A stretch of 64,000 bases of DNA from the human T2T-CHM13v2.0 reference genome, Homo sapiens: the NCBI RefSeq assembly GCF_009914755.1, contig NC_060935.1. One strand, 5' to 3'. A program made the translations under genes and the position numbers. Shown here piece after piece: positions 12,625 through 25,308 of the stretch. Numbering within the stretch: position 1 is the stretch's first letter; every line of letters begins with the position of its first letter. The notes beneath the pieces were generated by a model. It saw nothing but the letters and a program-made list of their open reading frames with translations, was not told where the DNA came from and made no database searches.

Positions 12625-15600
12625 TTTTAAAAAATAATATTTAATTTTTATTGGACATAGTAGGTGTATATATTTATCAGACATTTTCATACAAGCATAA
12701 ATGCATAATAATCACATAAAAGGAAATGAGGTATCCAGCACCTCAAGCATTTACCTTTTCTTTGTGTTATAAACAGTTCAATTATGCTCCTTTAGTTATT
12801 TTTAAATCCACAATTAAAGTATTGCTCACTGTAGTCACCTTGTTGTGCTATCAAATACTAGATTTTATTTATTCTATCTAATGATATTTTCATACCCATT
12901 AACCATCCCCCGCTTATACCTACTCTCACCCCCAGTACTCTTCACAGCCTCTGGCAGCCATCATTCTACTCTCTAACTCCATGAGTTCAATCGTTTTAAT
13001 TTTTAGCTCCCACAAATAAGTGAGAAAATGTGAAATTTGTGTTTCAGTACCTGGCTTGTTTCACTTAACATAATGGTCTCCAGTTACATCCATGTTGTTG
13101 CAATTGACAGAATTGCATTCTGTTTTATCGCTGAATAGTAATCCATTGTGTATGTGTACCACATTTTCTTTATCCATTCATCTGTTTATGGACACTTAGG
13201 TTGCTTCCAAATCTTATAATGAATTCTTGCTATTATGAATAGTGCTGCAGTAAACACAGAAGTGCAGCAATCTCTTCAGTATACTGATTTACTTTATTTT
13301 GCGTACACACCTAACAGTGGAATTGCTGGATCATATGGGAACTCTATTTTTAGCTTTCTGGGGAACCTGCAAACCGCTCTCCATAGTGGTTATACTAATT
13401 TGTATTTTTCGATTTGATGTTACCATGAAGCTTACAAATATCTTATAACCCATTATTTTAAACTGATGATAACATGGCATTGATTGTATACACAAAGAAA
13501 TAAACCAACAAACAAGCAAAACTAAAACTAACACAAACTCTGCACTTTAATTCCATCCAAATCCCTGCTTTTTATCTTATTTTGGTTCTACTTAATATCT
13601 TATTATACTATGTCTTGAAAACTTGTAGTTATGTTTGATTAGTTTATCTTTTAGCCTTTCCACCCAAGATATGAGTAGTTCATGTACCACTATTATAGTG
13701 CTGTAATATTCTGTATTTTTCCATAGATTTACTATTAGCAATGAGATTTGTACCTTCACATTATTTTTTATTGCTCATTAATACCCATTTCTTTTAGACT
13801 GAAGAACTCCTTTTAGTACTTATTGTGAGACAGGTCTGGGGTTGATGAAATCCTTCAGCTTTTGTTTGTCTGGGAAAGTTTTTATTTCTCTTTTGTGTTT
13901 GAAGAATATTTCGGCTGAATATGCTGCTCTAGAATTAAAGTTTCTTTTTTTTTCCTCTCTCTCTCTTTGGTCCTTTAAATATGTCATGCCACTCTCTTCT
14001 GGCCTGTAAGGTGTCACAGAGATTTCTGCTGCCAGACATGTTAGACCTCCATTGTATGTTATTTTTTTTTCTATTGCTGCTTTTAGGATCCTTTCTTCTT
14101 CCTTGACCTTTGAGTGTCTGATTATTAAATGCTTTGAGGTAGCCTTCTTTGGATTAAATCTGCTTGGTGTTCTATTATATTCTTATAATTGAATATTGAC
14201 ATATTTATCTAGGTTTAGAAAGCTCTCTGTTGTTATCCCTTTGAATGAGTCCCTATCCTTCTCTACCTCCTCTTTTAGGCCAATAATGCTTAGATTTGCC
14301 CTTTTGAGGCTATTTCTAGATTTTATAGGCATGTTTTATTATATTTTATTCTCTTTTCTTTTGTCTCCTCTTACTGTTTATTTTCAAATAGACTGTCTTC
14401 AAGCTTACTAATTCTTTCATCTGTTTGATCAGTTCTGCTAGTAAGGGACTCTAATGCATTCTTTAGTATGTTGATTGCATTTTTCAGCTCCAGAATTTCT
14501 GCTTGATTCTAATTATTTTACTCTCTTTGGTAAATTTATCTGATAGAATTCTGAGTCCCTTCTCTGTGTTATCTTAAATTTTATTTTGTTTCCTCAAAAC
14601 AGCTATTTTAAATTATCTTTCTGAAAGGTCACATATCTCTGTTTCCCTATGATTAGTCCCTGGTGGCTTATGGAGTTCATCTGGTGAGATCACGTTTTTC
14701 CAGATGGTCTTCATGCTTGTGGATGTTTGTCAATATTTAGGCATTGAAAAGTTAGGTATTCATTGCAGTCTTCACAGTCTAGGCTTATTTGTACCTATCC
14801 TTCTTGGGATGGCTTTCCAGGTATTTGAAGGGACTTAGGTGTTGTGATCTAAGATTTTGGTCACTGCAGCTATATCTTCCTAGGGGGTCCCCCCAAGCCT
14901 AGTAATGCTGTAGTTCTTACAGACTCATATAGATCATCCTGGTAAGTCTTGGATAAAATTCAGCAGAATTCTCTGGATTATCAGGAAGAGACTTTTGTTC
15001 TCTTCCCTTATTTTCTCCCAAACAAATGGACCCTCTTTCTCTTTTTGTTAAGATGCCTGGAGCTGGGGGAGGGCTGACCAAAACACTCCCTTGGCTGCCC
15101 TGGTTGGTGTCTAACTGGGTTACATGCACCCCAAGTCCACTGGCTTTAAGACCAGTGTAGCACCAGGACTTTCCCAGGAATTGAAGTCCTTGTGACCTAG
15201 ACTGTCTTTCAGGATTATGTAGGACCCCAGTGCACTTTGTAGTGCAGTAGTAAGGCTTGCCAGAACTCAGTTTCCAACTGCTGACATGGGCAATTCCCCT
15301 CTAGCTAGGGCTTGTCTAAATGCTGCCTCTGTGGGCGCTGGCTGAATTCTGCCCGGTATTACTTTCCACTGCGACAGAGTAGCACTAAGTTCCAATGCAA
15401 AATCCCACAATCCTTGCACTCTCTCTTCCTCAAGTGCACAGATTCTCTCTCTGTGCCATGCAGCCACTCCTAGGGGGATGAAGGAGGGTGATGTCAGCAG
15501 TTCAATACTCAAATGAGTTTTTCAGTAACATAAAATTAAAACTAAGTACTGTAATTACTCATCTAATTTTTGGTCTTATGAAAGTGTTTGTGTGTGTGTG

Positions 15601-15698
15601 TGTGTGTGTGGGTGTGTGTGTGTGAATAGTTCAATTTGGCATTCCTGTGGGGAGGACAATCAGTGAAGGCTTCTATTTGGCCATCTTGCTCCACCTCC
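12625..15698 (-). mobile_element. L1MA2/L1MA3-like LINE-1 with both ends but most of ORF2 deleted
   Basis: L1MA-type 3'UTR and ORF2 end at 12625-13407; ORF1 remnants (KREIKTFPDKQKLKDFINPRP, 13820-14017); 5' terminus ggaggtggagcaagatggcc (reverse complement at 15679-15698). Confidence 0.85.
15585..15624. repeat. (TG)n microsatellite inside the old L1 5'UTR
   Basis: Direct reading. Confidence 0.9.
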
Positions 15699-16210
15699 TT
15701 GTGTTCTCAGTCTCAATTCAGTGCTGCATCTACCTCACTTTAATGAATCTATGAAAACCATTTCCAGGTTCTTTACAGTTAGGAATATTTATGAAAAAAA
15801 ATTCAGAAGCATGACAAACTATAGAGATGCTAAATCAACTAGAGAGCATTCACAATGGTTTGTGAGAGAAAAAAAAAACAAAACAAAACTGAGGATATGC
15901 AAAACTTAATATAAATGATTCCTTTGTATAAATATGGTAAGCCACTTCTCATTTAACCATCTTTGCCCCAACATGTTTATTATAAAACCTGCATTTTAAA
16001 CAGGATTTGCTCAATTTACTAAGGGCTTGAGTTTATGGTAATGAAAAAGAGTTCTCATAACTAACTCAGCCCAGGAGAGGGAAAGTTAGAAAAATCTTCG
16101 TGGAGGAGAACTGGCCTTATGTTTAGAGTTTGTGGGAGCTGCTATGTTCATATTTAATATGTGGTGCCTTTGGAACATCCAGATGTAGGTGGCAATTAAT
16201 GATTTTCTGA

Positions 16211-16650
16211 CAGGGGTAGATCTACATTTTTGAGAAGCCCCCTTAAAGGGAAAAATATATAACTCTGATTACAAAATTAGATACACAGTGAATACTTATA
16301 AAGAACTATAAAAAAGGAATAATACATTATCAACTTTAAAGATCTGGCAAGTGTCAAATTATTTTAAAATCCCCCAAAGTAACTTAATTGAAGCATTTAA
16401 TTAGAGGAATGACTCACCTCTGTAACACTGTTTGGCTTACCTTTTTAGTGGTATGCTGTTAGGCCACCTCACTCACAACAACAATTCTGTAGTAAGATTC
16501 TCTATAGAGAGGAAAGAAAGATGATCCAGTCTTTCCTTTAAGTAGTTGATTGAAATTTAGTTTCTATTATTATAGTTTAGAAAAGATTTTTCCAAGTTCA
16601 CAACCTTTATTGAAAACCTGTCCTTAGTTTTCTTTGTAGTTTCTTATGCA
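16211..16650 (+). mobile_element. Arthur1-like hAT-Tip100 DNA transposon fragment
   Basis: caggggtagatcta start; tacaaaattagatacacagtgaatacttat; tctatagagaggaaagaaagatgatccagtctttcc match recalled Arthur1 segments. Confidence 0.55.
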
Positions 16651-16699
16651 GGTTATGCTTCTTGCCCAGGGAAAAGTCTTATGGAAGCATTAGCCTTTT

Positions 16700-17022
16700 C
16701 TTTTACTTCTTTTCTTTTCTTTTTTTTTTTTTTTTTTTTTTTGAGAAGGAATCTCACTCTGTGGCCCAGGCTGGAGTGCAGTCGTGTGATCTCGGCTCAC
16801 TTCAACCTCCGCCTCCTGAGTTTAAGTGATTCTCCTGCCTCAGCCTCCTGAGTAGCTAGGACTACAGGCGCATGCCACCACACCCAGCCAATTTTTGTAT
16901 TTTTAGTAGAGATGGGGTTTCACCATGTTGGCCAGGATGATCTCGATCTCCTGACCTCGTGATCCACCTGTCTCAGCCTCCCAAAGTGCTGGGATTACAG
17001 GTGTGAGCCACCATGCCCAGCC
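16700..17022 (-). mobile_element. AluS (Sc-like), full length
   Basis: Poly-T tail and full dimer; approximate TSD cat(tc)tagccttttc on both sides; gatctcctgacctcgtgatcc. Confidence 0.92.
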
Positions 17023-17389
17023 CATTCTAGCCTTTTCAATGCACTTGGAATGATTCTCATTCTCATTTGGCTAAGCCAGAACTCCCCTGCTTTTCTTCTA
17101 TTTCCTGAGCTCCTAGAGCATGGGGAGGGTAGAAAAGGGGGTCATGATGCTGGGTTTAGTGGCTTTCAAACAGAGAGTAGAACAGTGTCTAACATAAGCC
17201 TTTTCTGTGAGTTCAAATGTAGGATCCAGAAGTTTGATAAGATGGAACAAGGCAGGTTTTTACTGGAGCAAGGAGGGGACTGGATGAGGAAGGTAATAAC
17301 AAAGATAATGCTGCCAGCTCATTAACCTTACCACAGCTGCAAAATCAGGGTAAAGAGAGAGAAGGTCTCTAGCCCTCTATGTCTGTAGC

Positions 17390-17614
17390 ATGGGGTTAGT
17401 CTATTTTTTTTTTCACATAAAGAACCAAATAGTAAATGTAATTTGTTTTGGTGGGTGTATGGTCTTTGTTGTAACTTCTGAACTCTGCCAGGGAGAAAGC
17501 AGCCATAGAATCGGTAAACAGATAGATGTGGCTGTGTTCCAATAAAACTTTATTTATGAAAAAAAGAAGCATTCAACAAGATTTGGCCCATGAAATGTGA
17601 TTTGCCAGCCCCTG
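17390..17614. mobile_element. MER58A hAT-Charlie MITE
   Basis: ggggttagt...gtggctgtgttccaataaaactttatttat...tttgccagcccctg. Confidence 0.75.
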
Positions 17615-17699
17615 TTTTAGCCTGTGATTGGAGCTTGAAGACTTGGCAGAGGCCCAAGCAAGAACAAGGTCTTCTAGTGGACTCTGGATCTAAGAATAG

Positions 17700-18070
17700 G
17701 GATGAGTGCTTTCCATGTATAAGATATGATTCTGTTTTAGAAGAGTTGACAAGCTCATTGGGAGTATTACATACAATAGCCAAATGCACATTTGCTGAGG
17801 CAGGAAGTTATACATTTTAAAAGAAAGTCACAGAAAGCATATGCTATAGAAAGGAGCAAGATATCATTTTATATCTAGCGGTCAAGGAAGACTTTATGGA
17901 GTAGATGAGGTTTTACTAACATCTTAAATCACAAATAGAATTTGTGTAAATGTAGGGAGTGAAAAATCACTTCAAGTGTGCAAAAATGTGAGCAAAGATG
18001 TGAAATTTTGAATCTAGTATCGTTATTCCAAGGGACTATTAAAAAATTGGCTATTGGATGTAGTCAGTGT
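17700..18070 (-). mobile_element. L2 LINE fragment
   Basis: Purine-rich ggtcaaggaagactttatggagtagatgaggtttt...gtgagcaaagatgtgaa typical of decayed L2. Confidence 0.45.
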
Positions 18071-19229
18071 TTATGAGCAGATTGTCTTCTAGACTGCAGT
18101 TGTACAGGAAGTAGAATCTGTTAAACTTTTATCTCCAAGACAAGTAGAAACGAAGAGAAGGATTCCTTTTCCCTGGTGATCTATTCTGCAGACACTATAA
18201 TTTACAGAATCAGAAGAAATAAGTACAGTCAAGCTTCCCTCTAATAAATCTGCCTGGACTATGTTGGCAGTGAAAGTTAGCACTTTTTCATAGTGGACAG
18301 GATTTGTAACCTTCATCCCCTAGGACATTCTGCAAAATAGAGACAATTCTGCACATCTCTTGTGGGACTTTGCAATGATAATGAAGTAGAAAAAAAAATA
18401 ATGTTTTGCCTCCTGGATGCCTAGCTAGATTATAAAATAAAATCCGGAGCTGCATTCAGTCCCTTATCTGTATTTTCAAGCTGTTCACAAATGGTAGGTT
18501 GAATTATGGTAGGTTTGCACATTCAATGCAATTGTATTGAAACAGGAATAATAGTTAGCTATTCAAATATACAGTGACTATGTTATCTCAAAACAATTCT
18601 CCAGTAGTAAGCAAAACAAAACAAAATCAAAAGCTTTTTTTGGAAAATAAATAGCAGAGTAAGTTCCAGCATGAGATTTATTCTATAAACACTTTATCAT
18701 ATCATTCACAACTTTACTAGCAAGTTTTATATTCCTTCCCCATTCATTTTAAGTGTATGTTTAAGTGAGAAGTGTAATCTATCTCAAAGGGAAAGAATCT
18801 GTGCAGGCTCTTTTAATAGTCCAACATCTTCTCCCTGAGGACTGAAAATTTAAATATGGAATTGCTACTCAACTCAAATTAACCTAAGTCAATCAACCTA
18901 CAGTTTCTCTCTCCTATACTCTTCTTACTCTGACTGCATTGTCTAGAGAAAGAAGAACTGATCAACAGGACTGATATGGCTGCACTTCAATTTTATCTTG
19001 ATGTGTTAAAAAAAATTCTTCTGTGTTCTTTACAATAATTCAAAGGATAAACCATAAAGCAATACATTTCTGTCAAATAACCCATTTAAAGTGTTTACTT
19101 CAGCTACAACAGTAAATTTTAGCCCCTCATATGATATAAACTTTCTTAACAGTTGCTTTTTATTAAGTGTATATCTGGAAAGAGATTTTCTTGCATAATA
19201 AACTTTTTTCTTATAATAATTACAACCAA

Positions 19230-19410
19230 GTACTAGCTGCACTTGCTATGTCAGATATTTTGCTACATTTTATATGCTTAAATTTGTTTAATTGAAATAA
19301 CAACCATATGTACCACATGTTAATTTGTTCTATGTTTTATTAAACTGAAGTACAAGGAGTCTTAACAATTCAAACCCAGTCCATCTGACATGAGAGCTTA
19401 TGCTCTTAAA
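19230..19410 (-). mobile_element. MIR fragment
   Basis: taaactgaagtacaagga...aattcaaacccagtccatctgac...tgctcttaa. Confidence 0.45.
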
Positions 19411-19689
19411 CATTATTATTTTTATATACTATTATGTACATGAACATGTTTGTTGACATCATGTATATATGAAGATATTTGTTGCACAGCATATGTTCAT
19501 TAAATTGAATTATTTAAGTAAATTGAACATTTGTACTGGAAAATCAGTTCCTTGTAGAAAAATAATTTTTCAAGTTTTTAGGAAATATTTAACCATCAAT
19601 TCCATTTTATCTCCAAAAAAGCAAAAACACTAGTATGTAATCAATCAGTACTTACTAAATGCCAACTAAATGCAGATAATTTTGTATTA

Positions 19690-19890
19690 GGAAACCTTGG
19701 ATCCCATGATTTCTGGAGGAATAGACCCAGAACACTTAAGAGGCCCCATGTGTAGGCCCAAAGTGGGTTAGGAACTCCCTGAAATTGCATGAAAAGTTTT
19801 GAGTGGCTACATGTGCTTTTCTAAGTTGTGAGTTCAGGCTTTTATCACATTTTCAAAGAGCCAGTGACAATCAAAATTAATCACCCCTGT
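19690..19890. mobile_element. MER103C-like DNA element
   Basis: ccctgaaattgcatgaaaagtttt...gcttttatcacattttcaaagag...cccctg. Confidence 0.45.
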
Positions 19891-20204
19891 TCTGAAGGAA
19901 ATGGACTAAGGGGTTCTACTTTTGAACTAGGCCACTTATGATGCCCAATATAGTCAAGAGAAATCCTCCAAACATACCCAAAGAACTCACTAAGACCTAT
20001 GGTTCACACAGGAATGGGACTTTCAATATCTATTGTGTTGCAAATAACAAGTTTTCCCATAGTCTCTGTAATATGAATCAGTATTCTAGAACCTGGGTAT
20101 TACCACCTCTTTAACTCTTTCCACCTTAAAGTGTCAACTAACCCAACAACTACTTGACCAGGAATCATGGAGTGACAGGAAAACCACTGGCATCAACACA
20201 ATTA

Positions 20205-20474
<270 letters not shown>

Positions 20475-22449
20475 TCAAAATAATTCCTATTGGATGAAAA
20501 GTTAATGAAAAATTGGAGTTTTGGGCCTCTCATTTTTAATTCATTAAATGAGTTTCTCTTCCCTCCCCCTGACAACCTTAGGTACAGAAGTTTTAAGACA
20601 AAACAATGTTAATGTGTTTGGCATTCTCTTTAAGATATTCCTTCATTTGTCACCATTCTCATGTTTATTTAGTCTGTGATTCACAGTGTGGATGAACAAG
20701 TGTTCAAAAAAAAAAAAAATTCTGGAGTTTCAGCCTGCATTCTTCATGGGTAGATGAAAAACAAAAGGATAATGCTATTTGAAAACCTGGCTTCCTACAT
20801 TCCACTTCCAGGTCCATGTTCAAATGCTCTTCCCATTTCCTTCCTCCTGTTCTTTTTATGTCGTGGTGATCAAAGGATTTCCAAGGCAGTGGTGGTGTAA
20901 GCTTTAGCTTAAAGATATGCAAATCTTATTTAAAGGAAGTCTATTACTCCTATTGTTTGAAATGTCTCATTAGCAGCATTAAATTCACAGTTTAGCAGAA
21001 TTATTTCAGGTACGTGAAGTACATGGAGTATTACACATGGTAAATTGTTGTGCGCACTTTATTTAGTTGTTTGACAATTCTATTATACAGTACTTTAATG
21101 AATGAAGTCTTTTGAAGAAGGTTGAGAATATAACTATTATGTTGCTTTTCCTTATAAGAAAAATTATTCCTATTCATGTTTTGCCCTAATTTATAGCGAT
21201 ATGAAAAGTAAAACTGCATATATAATATTCACTTCTTCAATAACTCATTTTAGTTTGCAAGATAATGTTCAAATTATTATAATTAGAATATAAGGCCATG
21301 GGTCCAGTGCTTTGGAGGGCATCATTCCAGCTCTCCTCTGGTTACATCCTTACCCTAGTGATGAGAAATCTATGTGGTAAAGGGGCTACAGTTTAGGAAT
21401 ATTTATGGGGCACCTGCTTTAGGGAGGTATGGTTTGGCTTGTGGGCCAGGGTGGCCACAGACATCAGTGACAGGTTTTTTTATTGTGCAAGGCTGAGCTA
21501 GGTGTGGCAAAAGAGGAGAGGCAGACCAAGGGGCCAGCTTTCTTCTTAGCTTCTTGCTTTCATTCTGCTAAAGAAGTTTAAGAAGTTTTCTAAATTTGAG
21601 TCTGTGCTTCCAGACAATTATAAAGGTATATGTCATGTCATTAACAGTTTAATTTCTAACCTCTAAAACTTTAGATGAAAAGCATATAGGCATTCATTTG
21701 TACTGTGCATGAGTAACATTTAAGGGTAGGCCAACTTCCTGATCTAACCTTTGACTTTATCTAGCTCCATTTGCTTCCATTTTGATGGTAATTGAAAACA
21801 TAAATTACTACACATAGCTTTCTGTTTCAACTTTTCATCTATCACCTGTCTTTCTGCTTAGGCATTTCCTTTTGTACATGGTTTTCTCTATTTACCTGTG
21901 CCCCTGCACTTCACTCTGCCTTGTCTAAAAAGCAAATCGTCTTTCAAGATACAGCTCAGACATTATCTCTTTGGTGAGTTCTTTGCTATAATGTCCCTGT
22001 CCTCCCGCTCTCACTCTCCCAGGTGATCCTTCCTTTATGATTCCACTTGCACTATATCTTCACCTATGAGACTCTATTCCTGTTGTTAATTAATAATAAT
22101 AGCTACCTTTTCTTTTTTTCTGAGATATCTTTTATAACATTTCAATCTCACTCTTGCTCGACAGTTCCTAGGTTGATAAGTATTTCAGCTTTATGTACTA
22201 AACACGTATGTATTAGTAACTGTTAGGACACAGAGAATTAAAATAACAACACCCATTGAGGGGGAAAGGATAGCAGTGAGTCAAGGAAAGGTTTAGTGTT
22301 ACAGCCTGTGAACCAAGTCCAGTGCCAAATAAGTTCTTACTATGCTTATTTGAGTCTTATATTGATGCATTTAAAAAACATGTTTTATATTCTTTATCAT
22401 AATGCAAGGGATAAACCACAAAAGGAAACCAATACATGGGGGTTGACAA

Positions 22450-22476
22450 ATATATATATGTATGTATATACGTGTG

Positions 22477-22516
<40 letters not shown>

Positions 22517-22886
22517 TATATGTGTATATATTCGTATATATACACATATATATGTATATATATACGTATATATACACATATATATGTATATATACGTATA
22601 TATACACATATATGTATATATACGTATATATACACATATATGTATATATACGTATATATACACATATATGTATATATACGTATATATACACATATATGTA
22701 TATATATACGTATATATATACATATATATGTGTATATACGTATATATATACATATATATGTATATATATACGTATATATATACATATATATGTATATATA
22801 TGTATATACACATATATATGTATATATATACGTATATACACATATATATGTATATATATATACATATATATGTATGTATATATATA
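22450..22886. repeat. Compound (TA)/(CA) minisatellite, ~28-32-bp unit cgtatatatacacatatatgtatatata
   Basis: About a dozen units read directly; near-perfect purine/pyrimidine alternation. Confidence 0.95.
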
Positions 22887-23149
22887 TTTAATATATGATC
22901 TAAATTAAACAAAGTAATATTTATTTTATGGCTACTAAAGGTAATGTTTAAAAATACATTAATGTAGAAGGTTTTGTCTATATTCATTCTAGAAAGTTGT
23001 ATGTTCTCTTTAGATAACCTACAAGCTTATTCCTTCATACTCAGCCATTACAGCATAAGCATGCTGAGACAGATCAATACAGATAAACTACACATTTAAC
23101 TAGATATGACATTACTGAAACAAATAATGCTGCAAATAAAAAAGGTATT

Positions 23150-23700
23150 ATTGTAGGTGAATGGAGAAGTAAACAGTATTACATCCGGATAATGGAATAT
23201 TACTCAGTGCTAGAAAGAAATGAGCTACCCTACCATGTCATGGAAAGACATGGAGAGACCTTAAATACATACTACTAAATGAAAAAAAAAATCTGAAAAG
23301 CTGACATACTGTATGATTCCAACTATATGGCACTCTGGAGAAGGCAAAACTGTGGAGACAATACAAAAAAAATTAGAGGTTGCCAGTGGATGAGAGAGAA
23401 AAGGAGGGATATATAGGCCGAACCAGAGGATTTTTAGTGTAGTGAAAATACACTGTATGATACTATAATAATGGGTACTTGTCATTATATACTTGTCCAA
23501 GACAATAGAATCTACAACACCAACAGTGAACTCAAATATTAAACTATAGACTTTGAGTAATTATGGTGTGTCAATGTAGGTTTATCATTTCTTTATAGCA
23601 AATGTGCCATTCTCTTGGGGGTGTGTTGAAATTAGGGAGTATATGGAAAATCTCTGTACCTTCCTCTGAATTTTGGTGTGAAACAAAACTGCTCTAAAAA
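23150..23700 (+). mobile_element. L1MC-like 3' end
   Basis: atggaatattactcagtgctag...gtatgattccaactatatggcactctgg...aaaactgctctaaaaa. Confidence 0.7.
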
Positions 23701-24402
23701 ATTACCCTAACACAAATATCAGTTTGTCCCTTATATAAAGATATAAGCATCTAATACCTAATTTTAATTGACATAACAATGCCTACAAAATTTAATCCTC
23801 TCTAAATGGTGTATTGCATAAATTTATTCTCAAGTTTATAGAAAGAAAGGAATGCAGTTTCAATCCAGAAGCTCACTAAATATATGGTGTTACCTATATG
23901 TTTTTATTCATTTTACTGAAGTAAGAGTGAGGAAATAGACAATCATATGTTACACAAGTATACTCTAAAAGTTGGGAAAATGAAGAGACTTAAAAGGAAG
24001 ATAAGCTGGATACATTTTATTTATTTTAAGTAAGTAATTTTACTATTTTTAAGTAGTAAAATAGTGACACCTGTAGGTTATGACATCTATATATTTTATG
24101 ATGTACACACACACATAGAGAGTAATCACTAAGAAATCTATGCAAGGAATATATGCATAAATTAAAATGGAACTCTAAAAATGTTCAAGTAATCCACAAA
24201 AAGGCAAAGAAAAATAAACAGTGCAATAAGCAATAGAGAATGAAAGATAAAATAGATAATAAAATGCCATTCTTAATCTGTAATTTATGATTACATTATA
24301 TATATTTATATACAATTATATATAAATATATAATTACATTAAATAGTCTAAAAACACCAACTACAAGGTAGAGATTTCATAGAGTGGATAAAAACAGAAC
24401 CC

Positions 24403-25308
24403 GAGGGGAGGAGCCAAGATGGCCGAATAGGAACAGCTCCGGTCTACAGCTCCCAGCGTGAGCGACGCAGAAGACGGTGATTTCTGCATTTCCATCTGAG
24501 GTACCGGGTTCATCTCACTAGGGAGTGCCAGACAGTGGGCGCAGGCCAGTGTGTGTGCGCACCGTGCGCGAGCCGAAGCAGGGCGAGGCATTGCCTCACC
24601 TGGGAAGCGCAAGGGGTCACGGAGTTCCCTTTCCGAGTCAAAGAAAGGGGTGACGGACGCACCTGGAAAATCGGGTCACTCCCACCCGAATATTGCGCTT
24701 TTCAGACCGGCTTAAGAAACGGCGCACCACGAGACTATATCCCACACCTGGCTCGGAGGGTCCTACGCCCACGGAATCTCGCTGATTGCTAGCACAGCAG
24801 TCTGAGATCAAACTGCAAGGCGGCAGCGAGGCTGGGGGAGGGGCGCCCGCCATTGCCCAGGCTTGCTTAGGTAAACAAAGCAGCCGGGAAGCTCGAACTG
24901 GGTGGAGCCCACCACAGCTCAAGGAGGCCTGCCTGCCTCTGTAGGCTCCACCTCTGGGGGCAGGGCACAGACAAACAAAAAGACAGCAGTAACCTCTGCA
25001 GACTTAAGTGTCCCTGTCTGACAGCTTTGAAGAGAGCAGTGGTTCTCCCAGGACGCAGCTGGAGATCTGAGAACGGGCAGACTGCCTCCTCAAGTGGGTC
25101 CCTGACTCCTGACCCCCGAGCAGCCTAACTGGGAGGCACCCCCCAGCAGGGGCACACTGACACCTCACACGGCAGGGTATTCCAACAGACGTGCAGCTGA
25201 GGGTCCTGTCTGTTAGAAGGAAAACTAACAACAAGAAAGGACATCTACACCGAAAACCCATCTGTACATCACCATCATCAAAGACCAAAAGTAGATAAAA
25301 CCACAAAG
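24403..25308 (+). promoter_or_regulatory. L1 5'UTR internal sense promoter (CpG-rich, YY1 site aagatggcc 24416-24424) and antisense promoter
   Basis: CpG-dense ~900 bp matching the L1HS 5'UTR; YY1 motif intact. Confidence 0.9.
24638..24853 (-). CDS. ORF0: L1 antisense ORF0 protein (71 aa)
   Basis: ATG = cat 24851-24853; MAGAPPPASLPPCSLISDCC...RCVRHPFL is the last 71 aa of the 94-aa ORF in the track and matches primate L1 ORF0p. Confidence 0.88.
   Translation of the reverse strand: MAGAPPPASLPPCSLISDCCASNQRDSVGVGPSEPGVGYSLVVRRFLSRSEKRNIRVGVTRFSRCVRHPFL

Noticed and set aside
13400-13415. Possibility that the internally deleted L1MA is a spliced L1 retrocopy
   Set aside because: As far as I can reconstruct the deleted ends from consensus, they do not look like GT..AG; short A-rich microhomology explains the junction better.
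22296-22987. Six overlapping 140-200-aa ORFs rich in Y/I/V/H/T/C
   Set aside because: Artefact of the stop-free alternating TA/CA minisatellite; open in all frames with no coding signature.
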